A stretch of 64,000 bases of DNA from a virus. Its lineage: Duplodnaviria; Heunggongvirae; Uroviricota; Caudoviricetes. The notes beneath the pieces are model-generated. The model saw only the letters and a list, made by a program, of their open reading frames with translations. It had not been told where the DNA came from and searched no databases. The stretch is taken from the IMG/VR virus record IMGVR_UViG_2778261505_000002. One strand, written 5' to 3'. The position numbers and the translations under genes were made by a program. Of the stretch, positions 37,914 through 46,957 are shown piece by piece (the first letter of the stretch is position 1; the number at the start of each line of letters is the position of its first letter).

Positions 37914-40900
37914 ATGTGGTACAGGGAAGGTACTATCACATTTACACAGGGCAGCAATACTCTGGTTGGGGCAGGGACAGCCTGGAACGTAACAGCTAAT
38001 GGTGTGTTGCCGGGGATGATCGTCATTGGCCCCGACAATAAGCTGTATGAGATCAAGCGCGTAACCAGTGATACGAACATTGTTCTCTCAGAACCTTATA
38101 CCGGCGAAACTCAGTCTGAAGTTCCGTGCCGAATCATTACGACCTATGAAGGCGACTTAACACAGTTTAGCGCGCGCTTTACTGCGCTAATGTCGCGTAT
38201 ATCGGCTGATTCCAAGTCCATACGCAGTTGGTTGACTGCGCTGGATGAGGTGACAATCGAGCGTGAAGACGGTACAGAAGTGACCGTTAAGCCGCTAATG
38301 CAGATCGTCAACGAGCACAACGAAAACGTTGAGTGGTATAAAAATAACACTGACGCGATTGATGCTGCTGGCGACAAAGCTCGTGAGGCGGCGGCCAGTG
38401 CTGCCGCAGCAGCAAAAAGCGCCAATGCCGCTGGAGAAAAAGCCTCTCAAGCGTCTCAAAGTGCATCCGCTGCGGCATCCTCACAAAGTGCCGCAAGTGC
38501 GAGTGCAACTGCTGCGAAAAAATCTGAAACGAATGCTGCAGCGTCACAAAAATCTGCAGCCACTTCTGCATCCACCGCGACCACGAAGGCGTCAGAAGCT
38601 GCCACCTCAGCCCGGGATGCGGCGGCCTCAAAAGAGGCAGCGAAATCATCAGAAACGAGCGCAGCCTCGAGCGCCAGTAATGCCGCTTCCTCGGCAACGG
38701 CGGCAGGAAATTCCGCGAAGGCGGCAAAAACGTCCGAGACGAACGCCAGGTCTTCTGAAACGGCAGCGGGACAGAGCGCCTCGGCTGCGGCAGGCTCAAA
38801 AACAGCGGCTGCGTCGTCTGCCAGTGCCGCGTCAACAAGTGCCGGGCAGGCCTCAGCCAGTGCCACCGCCGCCGGAAAATCGGCAGAAAGTGCCGCATCG
38901 TCTGCTTCAACTGCCACAACGAAGGCTGGCCAAGCCACTGAACAGGCCAGCGCAGCAGCGAGGTCTGCTTCCGCAGCGAAGACATCCGAAACGAACGCGA
39001 AAGCGTCGGAAACCCGTGCAGAATCCTCAAAAACGGCAGCCGCATCGTCCGCCAGTTCGGCGGCGTCATCGGCATCATCGGCGTCTGCTTCAAAAGATGA
39101 GGCGACCAGACAGGCGTCAGCAGCGAAGGGCAGCGCCACGACGGCATCCACGAAAGCAACAGAGGCGGCAGGCAGTGCGACGGCAGCATCTCAGAGCAAA
39201 ACTGCTGCTGAATCCGCTGCGACCCGTGCGGAAGCTGCTGCTGATCGTGCTGAAGAGATTGCCGGTGCAGTTGCGATGGAAGACGCAAGCCTTACAACTA
39301 AAGGTGTTGTGAAACTTAGCAGTGCTGTCGACAGCACCAGTGAATCGCTGGCCGCAACGCCAAAAGCAGTTAAAGCAGCCAATGACAATGCGAATAGCAG
39401 GGTGCCATCTAACCGAAAAGTTAACGGTAAAGCACTGACTGCGGATATCAAATTAACGCCGAAAGATATTGGTACTTTAAATTCAGTAACGATGTCTTTC
39501 TCTGGCGGGGCAGGGTGGTTCAAACTGGCTACGGTTACCATGCCACAAGCGAGTTCCATCGTTTACATCGCATTGATTGGTGGCGCTGGTTACAACGTCG
39601 GCTCCCCACATCAGGCAGGCATTTCAGAACTGGTTCTACGAGCAGGCAATGGAAACCCCAAAGGGATTACAGGTGCTTTGTGGAAGCGTACAGCTGTCGG
39701 ATTAACGAATTTCGCCTGGATCAACACATCCGGCGATACATATGATATTTACGTTGAGATTGGCAATTATGCGACTCGTGTAAATATCCATTGGGATTGT
39801 ACTGCAAATGCGACAGTTTCTATTTATACCTCGCCAACATATTCAGCGAGTAAGCCTTCCAGCGTTACCGATGGTGTTGTTTATACGATGTATAGCACAC
39901 ATCAGAAACCGACGCCGTTAGATATTGGAGCACTGCCAACAACCGGAGGAACAGTTTCAGGTCCGTTGTCTGTTACAGGTGGATTAACTGGTTCATTGAA
40001 TGGTAATGCAAGTACAGCCACGAAATTGCAGACGGCAAGATCTATCGGTGGAGTTGTTTTCGACGGTTCTGCAAATATTAACCTTCCAGGTGTAAACACT
40101 ACGGGTAATCAGAACACCACTGGTAATGCTGCAACTGCTACAAAACTTCAGACGGCAAGAACTATCGGCGGCGTGAGCTTTGATGGTACTGCGAATATTA
40201 ATTTGCCAGGTGTTAATACGACTGGTAATCAGAACACAACGGGCAACGCGGCTACTGCTACGAAGTTGCAGACTGCGCGTACTATCAATGGGGTGTCGTT
40301 TGACGGCTCGGCAAATATTGCCTTGTCGCCAGCAAATATAGGTTGCCCGGCATCTCCTACTGGTTGGTTAACTACAGGAAGTAATGGAGGAGCAATAACG
40401 ACAGCCCAGTTAGTTACTTTGTTGCAAAATAACGGGGCATTCAGTACGAAAGCATGGATCGCTCGTTGTGCATGGGCGTATGCGAATAGTGCATCCATAC
40501 CAGACAGTGAAACTGGTTGTGGCATTATTCCACTGGCGGGTGCTGTGATAGAAGTATTCAGCAATAATACCAACAATTACACCATTCGAATAACAACGGC
40601 CACTACGACAAATGTCTCTGGTGCACTCACTAATGCGGAGTTTATCTATGTGTCTAATGGCTCAAGTTATTCACCTGGATGGCGCAGAGCGTATAACACT
40701 AGAAACAAACCAACAGCTTCTGATGTAGGAGCATTACCGCTTTCAGGTGGCACATTATCTGGAGGGTTAACGTCTTCTGGTGAGATCGTTTCAAAATATG
40801 CAAATGGTTTCCGCATTGCTTACGGTAACTTTGGGTTCTTTATCCGTAATGATGGGGCGAACACATATTTCCTGCTAACAGCATCAGGAGACACATTAGG

Positions 40901-42065
40901 TTCATGGAACGGTTTGCGACCTATTACAATTAATAATACCAGCGGTGCTGTATCAATTGGTAATGGACTAAATGTGACTGGTGGCGTAAATGGTAGTTTG
41001 AACGGTAATGCTTCAACAGCTACGAAGTTGCAAACAGCGAGAAACATCAATGGTGTTAAGTTTGATGGTTCAGGCGATATCAATATTAATACATTGGTAT
41101 CTCGTGGCCGAGTTACGGCGTTAAGCGGCTCTACTCAAGGCACTGCTGGCATTCAAATGTATGAGGTGTACAACAATAGCTACCCGACCACGTATGGCAA
41201 CGTATTGCACATGAAAGGTGCGAGTGCTGCTGGTGAGGGCGAGTTGCTTATTGGCTGGAGTGGTACGAGCGGTGCACATGCGCCGGTTTTCATTCGCTCC
41301 CGAAGAGATTACACAGGTGCGGCATGGTCAGCGTGGGCGCAGGTATATACATCAAGGGACTCCATTCCTGGTGTGAATGCCACTGGTAATCAGAACACTA
41401 CTGGTAATGCCGCAACCGCCACAAAATTGCAGACAGCAAGGAAAATTGCTGGTGTGGCGTTTGATGGCTCTGCCGATATAACTTTGACTGCGGCTAACCT
41501 TAATGCTTACACGAAAACAGAGGTAGCAAACCTTCTAAGTTCCTATGCAAGCAGATCATCACTGACAGGCTATAGTGGCAACCTGGATATTGTTGCTGAA
41601 ACACTGGTTGTCAAATCAGGCGGTAGTGGAGGGTTTGCTATATGGGATATTGGCACAACTACTAGCGGTGCCAATATGTACATTGATCCAAACCCAGGTA
41701 TCAATACAGTTTGGCGTTCAACGTCTTCAAGGCGCTATAAAAAGGATATTGAAACATTACAAGATCGATATGCTGATGAACTTTTGTCATTAAGACCTGT
41801 TTGGTATCGTTCAATTTGTCGAGGTGACCGAAAGGATTGGGGGTATTACGGCCTTATTGCTGAAGAGGTTGGTGAGATTGCCCCGCAATATGTCCATTGG
41901 CGTGAACCAACAAATAATGATTCTCCAGAAGATATTTCCTCAAATGGTATGGTCGCTGAAGGAGTGATGTATGAGCGTTTGGTTGTACCACTCATTCATC
42001 ATATTCAGCAATTGACCAAAAGGGTTGAGGAGCTTGAAACGAAGTTAAATTCACCTAAAGAATAA
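37914..42065 (+). CDS. side tail fibre with C-terminal intramolecular chaperone (S74-like) domain
   Basis: Ala/Ser-rich low-complexity region, repeated GNAATATKLQTAR fibre units, C-terminal chaperone-like segment. Confidence 0.75.
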   Translation: MWYREGTITFTQGSNTLVGAGTAWNVTANGVLPGMIVIGPDNKLYEIKRVTSDTNIVLSEPYTGETQSEVPCRIITTYEGDLTQFSARFTALMSRISADSKSIRSWLTALDEVTIEREDGTEVTVKPLMQIVNEHNENVEWYKNNTDAIDAAGDKAREAAASAAAAAKSANAAGEKASQASQSASAAASSQSAASASATAAKKSETNAAASQKSAATSASTATTKASEAATSARDAAASKEAAKSSETSAASSASNAASSATAAGNSAKAAKTSETNARSSETAAGQSASAAAGSKTAAASSASAASTSAGQASASATAAGKSAESAASSASTATTKAGQATEQASAAARSASAAKTSETNAKASETRAESSKTAAASSASSAASSASSASASKDEATRQASAAKGSATTASTKATEAAGSATAASQSKTAAESAATRAEAAADRAEEIAGAVAMEDASLTTKGVVKLSSAVDSTSESLAATPKAVKAANDNANSRVPSNRKVNGKALTADIKLTPKDIGTLNSVTMSFSGGAGWFKLATVTMPQASSIVYIALIGGAGYNVGSPHQAGISELVLRAGNGNPKGITGALWKRTAVGLTNFAWINTSGDTYDIYVEIGNYATRVNIHWDCTANATVSIYTSPTYSASKPSSVTDGVVYTMYSTHQKPTPLDIGALPTTGGTVSGPLSVTGGLTGSLNGNASTATKLQTARSIGGVVFDGSANINLPGVNTTGNQNTTGNAATATKLQTARTIGGVSFDGTANINLPGVNTTGNQNTTGNAATATKLQTARTINGVSFDGSANIALSPANIGCPASPTGWLTTGSNGGAITTAQLVTLLQNNGAFSTKAWIARCAWAYANSASIPDSETGCGIIPLAGAVIEVFSNNTNNYTIRITTATTTNVSGALTNAEFIYVSNGSSYSPGWRRAYNTRNKPTASDVGALPLSGGTLSGGLTSSGEIVSKYANGFRIAYGNFGFFIRNDGANTYFLLTASGDTLGSWNGLRPITINNTSGAVSIGNGLNVTGGVNGSLNGNASTATKLQTARNINGVKFDGSGDININTLVSRGRVTALSGSTQGTAGIQMYEVYNNSYPTTYGNVLHMKGASAAGEGELLIGWSGTSGAHAPVFIRSRRDYTGAAWSAWAQVYTSRDSIPGVNATGNQNTTGNAATATKLQTARKIAGVAFDGSADITLTAANLNAYTKTEVANLLSSYASRSSLTGYSGNLDIVAETLVVKSGGSGGFAIWDIGTTTSGANMYIDPNPGINTVWRSTSSRRYKKDIETLQDRYADELLSLRPVWYRSICRGDRKDWGYYGLIAEEVGEIAPQYVHWREPTNNDSPEDISSNGMVAEGVMYERLVVPLIHHIQQLTKRVEELETKLNSPKE
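40007..40335 (+). repeat. about 120 bp direct coding repeats (tail-fibre repeat units)
   Basis: Three consecutive NxxTATKLQTAR-I-GV-FDGSANI units; further copies near 40990 and 41390. Confidence 0.65.
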
Positions 42066-42125
42066 ACAACTTCAATCGGGGCTGGAGCTAAACCAGCCCC
42101 TGCTTAAAAGTATAAGGATATATTT

Positions 42126-42380
42126 ATGAGCTATGGTGCACAGGTTTGGTCGCCATCAAGACAGGAGATGGTCAATGCGTTGGCCCCTGTTTATTACCTC
42201 GATTATTTTACTCCCTCTGGTTCAGGAAGTAGAACATATGAGGTTGAGGCGGGATTGGGAATCGACTATTACATAATGGACGTAACCAATGGAAAGTACA
42301 CAAGTCTTACGGTTTCTGGAAATACCATTTCGTGGTCTGGAGCTAGTGGTAATTTAAACATATTGGTTTTTCAAAAATAA
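42126..42380 (+). CDS. hypothetical protein (84 aa)
   Basis: ORF downstream of fibre gene. Confidence 0.4.
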   Translation: MSYGAQVWSPSRQEMVNALAPVYYLDYFTPSGSGSRTYEVEAGLGIDYYIMDVTNGKYTSLTVSGNTISWSGASGNLNILVFQK

Positions 42381-42988
42381 TGTACGGAAGCAAGATATAT
42401 CGATCTGACGGGAAGGTCTGGATGTCTCCTTCTTTGTCTCCTATCGTTTTTCAGAGAAAGCAGGTTGTTTCTTTGTCCGGCGGAACAGAGTTTAACACCA
42501 AAATATCTCCAGATCGTTCACCGATTATTTTTGTTGCCTATTCGAAAGCTGTTTCATTAATAGCCAACAGAATAGTGCGTAACAACCAGGTGATTTACAG
42601 TTTCGGAGGTCAGGGTAGCGACTCTAGTGCCACGATATACGTATTTTCGAAAGGTATAGCCAAAAAAGAAACTTGGGGCATGAGTTTTTTCAATGCACAA
42701 GGGGAGGAAATCTATAATACGGCAAATATCCCACTTTCATTTACCTTTCTTAATAATACAGAGTGGAACAGCTCTGGAGGGCATGTTTTTGATTACCCTC
42801 CAGCGATAATCCCAACATATGCGAATGTGTTCGCTGTTCCAGTACCGGGCGGAGCCATGACAATGGTTTATGGATATGCGGCATATGGAAATACTGTTAG
42901 CTCGATATTCGTAAACCAACTTAATGGCGGCCATAGTTTTAGCGTAAATGGCAGAGTACCGGTAATAAATAGAAATCTGTATAACTGA
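42380..42988 (+). CDS. hypothetical protein (202 aa)
   Basis: ORF; ATGA-type coupling. Confidence 0.45.
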   Translation: MYGSKIYRSDGKVWMSPSLSPIVFQRKQVVSLSGGTEFNTKISPDRSPIIFVAYSKAVSLIANRIVRNNQVIYSFGGQGSDSSATIYVFSKGIAKKETWGMSFFNAQGEEIYNTANIPLSFTFLNNTEWNSSGGHVFDYPPAIIPTYANVFAVPVPGGAMTMVYGYAAYGNTVSSIFVNQLNGGHSFSVNGRVPVINRNLYN

Positions 42989-42995
42989 TGAGTAA

Positions 42996-43229
42996 ATGAT
43001 GAAAAGATTATTTCTAACAATAGCTGTTGTTCTCTCTCTTACTGGCTGCCAGAAATTGCCGACACCTATATGTTATGGTGAAGCTATCATTGGTGGACAG
43101 GAGACAGTCATACCCATATATGCTGTTAAAAAAGTGAACGACTATACCTTATACAAAGCGGGTAGCATCTATAACTGGCGATGGGTTGGAGTAGGTGCTT
43201 TCTCATCAATCGGTTGCAATGCTGAATGA
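42996..43229 (+). CDS. small lipoprotein (Cor-like superinfection-exclusion candidate)
   Basis: MMKRLFLTIAVVLSLTGC lipobox; 77 aa; located just after tail fibre genes. Confidence 0.5.
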   Translation: MMKRLFLTIAVVLSLTGCQKLPTPICYGEAIIGGQETVIPIYAVKKVNDYTLYKAGSIYNWRWVGVGAFSSIGCNAE

Positions 43230-43298
43230 TAGGTAAGTACACACCTACAACAAAAGGGTGAAATGTGATATAAATCCGCCATCCCGATTTGACTTTTC

Positions 43299-43634
43299 AT
43301 GGAGGAAAACATGTCGAACGAGATGGCGGGCGTTACAACAGAGCAAGTTGAGCGTATTGCCGCGATCGTTGCTCGGGAGGTTGTTGGCAAATTAGGTAAA
43401 GAGCTACGTGAAGAAATTGGCCAGGAGGTCAATGATCAGCTGAAAACCTACTTTGGTGATATGACCCCGGCGCAACATAGTATTCAACACTCCAATCTGG
43501 ACAAACTCCTTAACCGGTTAGATTCCATCTCAAGTGGGTTCTTTGGCGGCATTGTTTCTAAAATAACGTCGTTCATTATTACCGCACTGCTTTTGGGGTT
43601 AGCCGCGTATGGCGTAAAAAGTGGACTGCAATAA
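43299..43634 (+). CDS. putative holin / lysis-associated membrane protein
   Basis: C-terminal transmembrane segment; first gene of lysis cassette; weak. Confidence 0.35.
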   Translation: MEENMSNEMAGVTTEQVERIAAIVAREVVGKLGKELREEIGQEVNDQLKTYFGDMTPAQHSIQHSNLDKLLNRLDSISSGFFGGIVSKITSFIITALLLGLAAYGVKSGLQ

Positions 43635-43647
43635 CAGGAGATCAAGG

Positions 43648-44340
43648 ATGAAGACTCCGAGAGGCATTCGTAATAATAACCCCGGTAATCTTGATAAAGG
43701 ATCACCGTGGCAAGGTCTGGTTGCGAATCCAGACGAACCGCGCTTTTGCACGTTTAAAGACCCTGTTTGGGGGATTCGTGCGCTGGCGGTGACTCTAATT
43801 ACCTACCACGACAAACGTCGCGCAAAAGACGGCTCAAGTATCGATACCATTCGTGAAGTTATTGAACGTTGGGCACCGCCGAATGAAAACAATACTGACG
43901 CCTACATTAATGAGGTGTCTAAAGCCGTTGGTGTAACCGCAGACATGATCATCGATCTGCATGATTACGACATCCTTCGACCTTTGGTTGAGGCAATCAT
44001 TCGCCACGAGAATGGCCGAGGCCCGCTAAAAACGCTGAACACCTGGTATGCGGCAGAAGTTATTGAGGAAGGTCTGCGTCGAGCTGGCGTTGTTAAGCCG
44101 GTGAAAACCGTGAAGGCTGTTCCTGTAACTAAAGAAACCGCAGGCGCAACTGTTACAGCAGGTATTGGTCTGGCGCAGCTGGCCGATGTTATGCCGCAGG
44201 TTTCCGCTGCTATGGATAAAGCACAAGGTCATATCTCTAGCGGGGATACAGTACGCATCATCTTCGGTATTGCCACTATTGTTGTGGCAGGATTCATTGC
44301 CTGGTCGCAGGTAAGAAAACACCAGAAAGGGATGGTCTAA
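43648..44340 (+). CDS. putative endolysin-like protein with C-terminal hydrophobic segment
   Basis: Assignment by position between holin-like gene and spanins; ATG 43648 with AGGAG RBS. Confidence 0.35.
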   Translation: MKTPRGIRNNNPGNLDKGSPWQGLVANPDEPRFCTFKDPVWGIRALAVTLITYHDKRRAKDGSSIDTIREVIERWAPPNENNTDAYINEVSKAVGVTADMIIDLHDYDILRPLVEAIIRHENGRGPLKTLNTWYAAEVIEEGLRRAGVVKPVKTVKAVPVTKETAGATVTAGIGLAQLADVMPQVSAAMDKAQGHISSGDTVRIIFGIATIVVAGFIAWSQVRKHQKGMV

Positions 44341-44341
44341 T

Positions 44342-44593
44342 ATGCTAGGCAGCCTGATGACAAAGCTAAAAGTTGCTTTGATTACGCTGGCTGCCGTTCT
44401 TTTCGTTCTTGTCGGCGCTTACACGATGGGCGGGAATGCGGCGCGACGAGCAATGGAAGAGAAGGCAAAACAGGAAGACAGAAAACGACTTCAAAGCACA
44501 GTGGAAGTGGTGAATGAGACGAGCAATAAAATACGTCAGAAAGATGCTTCTGCCGTTCATCGTGAGTTGTATGATAAGTGGGTGCGTCATTAA
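44342..44593 (+). CDS. inner-membrane spanin (Rz-like)
   Basis: N-terminal TM helix plus charged coiled-coil. Confidence 0.6.
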   Translation: MLGSLMTKLKVALITLAAVLFVLVGAYTMGGNAARRAMEEKAKQEDRKRLQSTVEVVNETSNKIRQKDASAVHRELYDKWVRH

Positions 44594-44729
44594 ACCACAA
44601 ACCGCCAGCGTATTGTTCTGCGATGGAGCTGGGCCTATCTATATCAGCAATAATGATGTGATGACCGAAGAAACCGAACGCCAAATCCTTTTTCACAATA
44701 CGATGGGAGAGAGAGTTTGCGGTTGGTGA
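44544..44729 (+). CDS. outer-membrane lipoprotein spanin (Rz1-like), overlapping Rz in the +1 frame
   Basis: Lipobox ISGC in MLLPFIVSCMISGC; starts inside the Rz gene and extends past its stop. Confidence 0.55.
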   Translation: MLLPFIVSCMISGCVIKPQTASVLFCDGAGPIYISNNDVMTEETERQILFHNTMGERVCGW

Positions 44730-44760
44730 TGCGAAGTTCCCCTCACTTGAGGGGAGTACA

Positions 44761-45282
44761 TTATTCTTCGAACAATTTTTCGATAGATTTTGTAGGATAG
44801 AACAAAGAACGCTCGTTGTTACCAACCAGCTGGATAAAGTCTAAACTTTTATAAAACGCCTTGGCTTTGTCATTTAACGCCTCAACGAAAAGTCCATGAA
44901 TGCCTACAGCAAGAGATGCATTGTACACAACGCGCATTGCATGTGTTACAAGCATTGAGCCAAATCCTTGACCTTGAAGGGACTTGTCCAAAGCCAGCCT
45001 ACCCAAAGTAACACTTGGAACATTCCGATAAGGTACCTTCTTTTGCTGGCTTCTTGAAGGTAAGGACTCCTTTTCAAAGCAGCTACCTGACAAAGTGTAA
45101 TACCCTAACACTTTTGGTCTGCCTTCTTTCGTGCAAAGCACATAAGCGCGAAGAATTTTTCCCTCATGCTGCCTTTTTAAGTGGTTGGTTAAAAAGGCAT
45201 TTAGTGATTCTTCACCGCAATCAAAACCATTCAAATCATAATCTTTCTCTCCAGAGAAAATTTCTATCTTTATATTATCCAC
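44761..45282 (-). CDS. GNAT-family acetyltransferase toxin (TacT/AtaT/KacT-type)
   Basis: GNAT motif A QGQGFGSMLV; 173 aa; immediately downstream of DUF1778-like gene. Confidence 0.75.
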   Translation of the reverse strand: MDNIKIEIFSGEKDYDLNGFDCGEESLNAFLTNHLKRQHEGKILRAYVLCTKEGRPKVLGYYTLSGSCFEKESLPSRSQQKKVPYRNVPSVTLGRLALDKSLQGQGFGSMLVTHAMRVVYNASLAVGIHGLFVEALNDKAKAFYKSLDFIQLVGNNERSLFYPTKSIEKLFEE

Positions 45283-45289
45283 GAGTAAA

Positions 45290-45559
45290 CTACTCCATGC
45301 TTTTCAGACGATCAGCAGCTCGTTTCAGCTTGTCGTTCGGTGCCGGAGGATTGCTTATAGCGTCCATAACCAGATTCCAGGATTCTTCATTCAGAACTAG
45401 TCTACGGTGTTGCTCTATAACTTTCACGGCACGTTCAGATGCACTGCTAACCATAAACTGAGTAATGCTCTGGTTAGACATTGCGGCAGCTTCCTCGATG
45501 ATGCTTTTATCGTCATCGGTTAATCTCAAATCGATGCGCTGCTTTTTTAGTGCTGACAT
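45290..45559 (-). CDS. RHH antitoxin (DUF1778/TacA-type)
   Basis: About 90 aa; ATG 45559 with GGAGG RBS; 8 bp from toxin start. Confidence 0.7.
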   Translation of the reverse strand: MSALKKQRIDLRLTDDDKSIIEEAAAMSNQSITQFMVSSASERAVKVIEQHRRLVLNEESWNLVMDAISNPPAPNDKLKRAADRLKSME

Positions 45560-45826
45560 GTATTCCTCCTGATGGCCGTGATGTAGGAAGGCCATCAATC
45601 TCCTCTGTTCAAACTGAGTTTTCGACTCAAAAATTACTTTAAAAGGCTATAGCCCATTACGTGTGCATTATCAAATTGTGTACGGCATATCACCGTACTT
45701 GTAATATAGAGGTCATTGTTACTTTTTTCAACAGACAAATACAAGCTATGTTTGCCAATTGTTAATCACAACCTACCATTTAACCTTTACACCGCAGCCG
45801 TAGGCATTTAGGCTATATCACATATA

Positions 45827-45842
45827 AGAAAACAAGTTGTTT
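45827..45842. promoter_or_regulatory. dyad GAAAACAAGTTGTTTC (early family)
   Basis: Upstream of parA-like gene. Confidence 0.45.
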
Positions 45843-45877
45843 CAGACGATAATTATATACGCAAAGGGAACTCTCCA

Positions 45878-46546
45878 ATGACCAAGATCTTTGTGGTTGG
45901 CGGCACAAAGGGCGGGCCTGGCAAATCCACCGTTGCCCAGCAAATTGCCGTTTGCCTGAAAGTCAAAAAGAAGAAGAAGGTTTATATTACCGATATAGAT
46001 ATTCAGCGCACGACAACGAGCTGGTGTGAAGACCGTCGACAGAACGAAGACCTTGAGCTGATTCCTTTTGCATACGTTCAGGATGACATCATTAAGCACC
46101 TAAAATCGCTTCAGGGTAGAGCTGAGTTTGTAGTGGTAGATGCTGGTGGCTTCGACTCCGAAATTCAGCGACAAGCGATGCTGATGGCTGACGTTATCAT
46201 TATCCCGCTGCGTCCTAAGCGTCGTGATTTGAAATCTTTACGTGACATCGATCCTATTATCGACAATGTTCGCAATGTAAACGATAAAGTGAAGGTCCGC
46301 GCGGTCATGAACCAGTGCCCGGCTTTGCCATCACAAGTGTCTCGCATTCTGGCGGCTAAAGAGATTGTTGAGACGTTTGGAATCGAGTCTGCGCCAGTCA
46401 ATCTATATAACCGCAACGTCTATGATGATGCGGAAGAGTCTGGTCGTTCTATCTTTGAAATGACCGGTAGCGAGCGCGACAAAAAGGCGGAAGCCGAGTT
46501 TGAAGAATTTGTAGATTATCTGTTGAGTCTGGAGGAAGAAGAATAA
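45878..46546 (+). CDS. ParA-family partition ATPase
   Basis: Deviant Walker A GGTKGGPGKST; 222 aa. Confidence 0.8.
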   Translation: MTKIFVVGGTKGGPGKSTVAQQIAVCLKVKKKKKVYITDIDIQRTTTSWCEDRRQNEDLELIPFAYVQDDIIKHLKSLQGRAEFVVVDAGGFDSEIQRQAMLMADVIIIPLRPKRRDLKSLRDIDPIIDNVRNVNDKVKVRAVMNQCPALPSQVSRILAAKEIVETFGIESAPVNLYNRNVYDDAEESGRSIFEMTGSERDKKAEAEFEEFVDYLLSLEEEE

Positions 46547-46905
46547 TGTCCATGAAAATGGGTGACCTAGCAAAGCGCAAAGAGCCTGATGCACCGGCTA
46601 AGAACACAACTCCTTTGCGCCAACCAGTCAGACCACAGGGACGCCCGACTCGTGGCAAAGAGAAAATTAAAAGCCGCACAATGTCACTGGAGGACGAATA
46701 CTTCGAACTGCTGGAGATGATGAAGTTCATCCCTCGCTTCGAGAAGTTCACTCGTTCTGACGTGATTCGAGCAGCCATTTTCCATCTGGCAGAGAAGTCA
46801 CCGCAGGAAATCGAGGACATCGTGAAATTGAATGAGGCGATCACCGCTGCCGATGTCACGATGCGTACCGATGAAATCAAACGAGAGTTGATGAAGAAAG
46901 GTTAA
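46546..46905 (+). CDS. small partition-associated DNA-binding protein (ParG/RHH-like, putative)
   Basis: 119 aa, basic N-terminus, translationally coupled to ParA. Confidence 0.5.
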   Translation: MSMKMGDLAKRKEPDAPAKNTTPLRQPVRPQGRPTRGKEKIKSRTMSLEDEYFELLEMMKFIPRFEKFTRSDVIRAAIFHLAEKSPQEIEDIVKLNEAITAADVTMRTDEIKRELMKKG

Positions 46906-46910
46906 AAATC

Positions 46911-46941
46911 ATGCATTGGCGCGTACATTGCGCCAATGCAT
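46911..46941. terminator. bidirectional hairpin between convergent genes
   Basis: ATGCATTGGCGC-GTACATT-GCGCCAATGCAT perfect 12 bp stem. Confidence 0.6.
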
Positions 46942-46957
46942 AACTACAGTGTCAGCT

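Noticed and set aside
38308-39312. Long overlapping ORFs on both strands (38308-39288 minus, 38329-39312 plus, 38456-39151 minus, 39191-39559 minus)
   Set aside because: All sit inside the Ala/Ser-rich low-complexity part of the side tail fibre gene; GC-rich repetitive codons keep alternative frames open.
43299-44340. Firm holin and endolysin identities for the two genes upstream of the spanins
   Set aside because: No catalytic motif recognised by eye; calls are kept at low confidence and based on position only.
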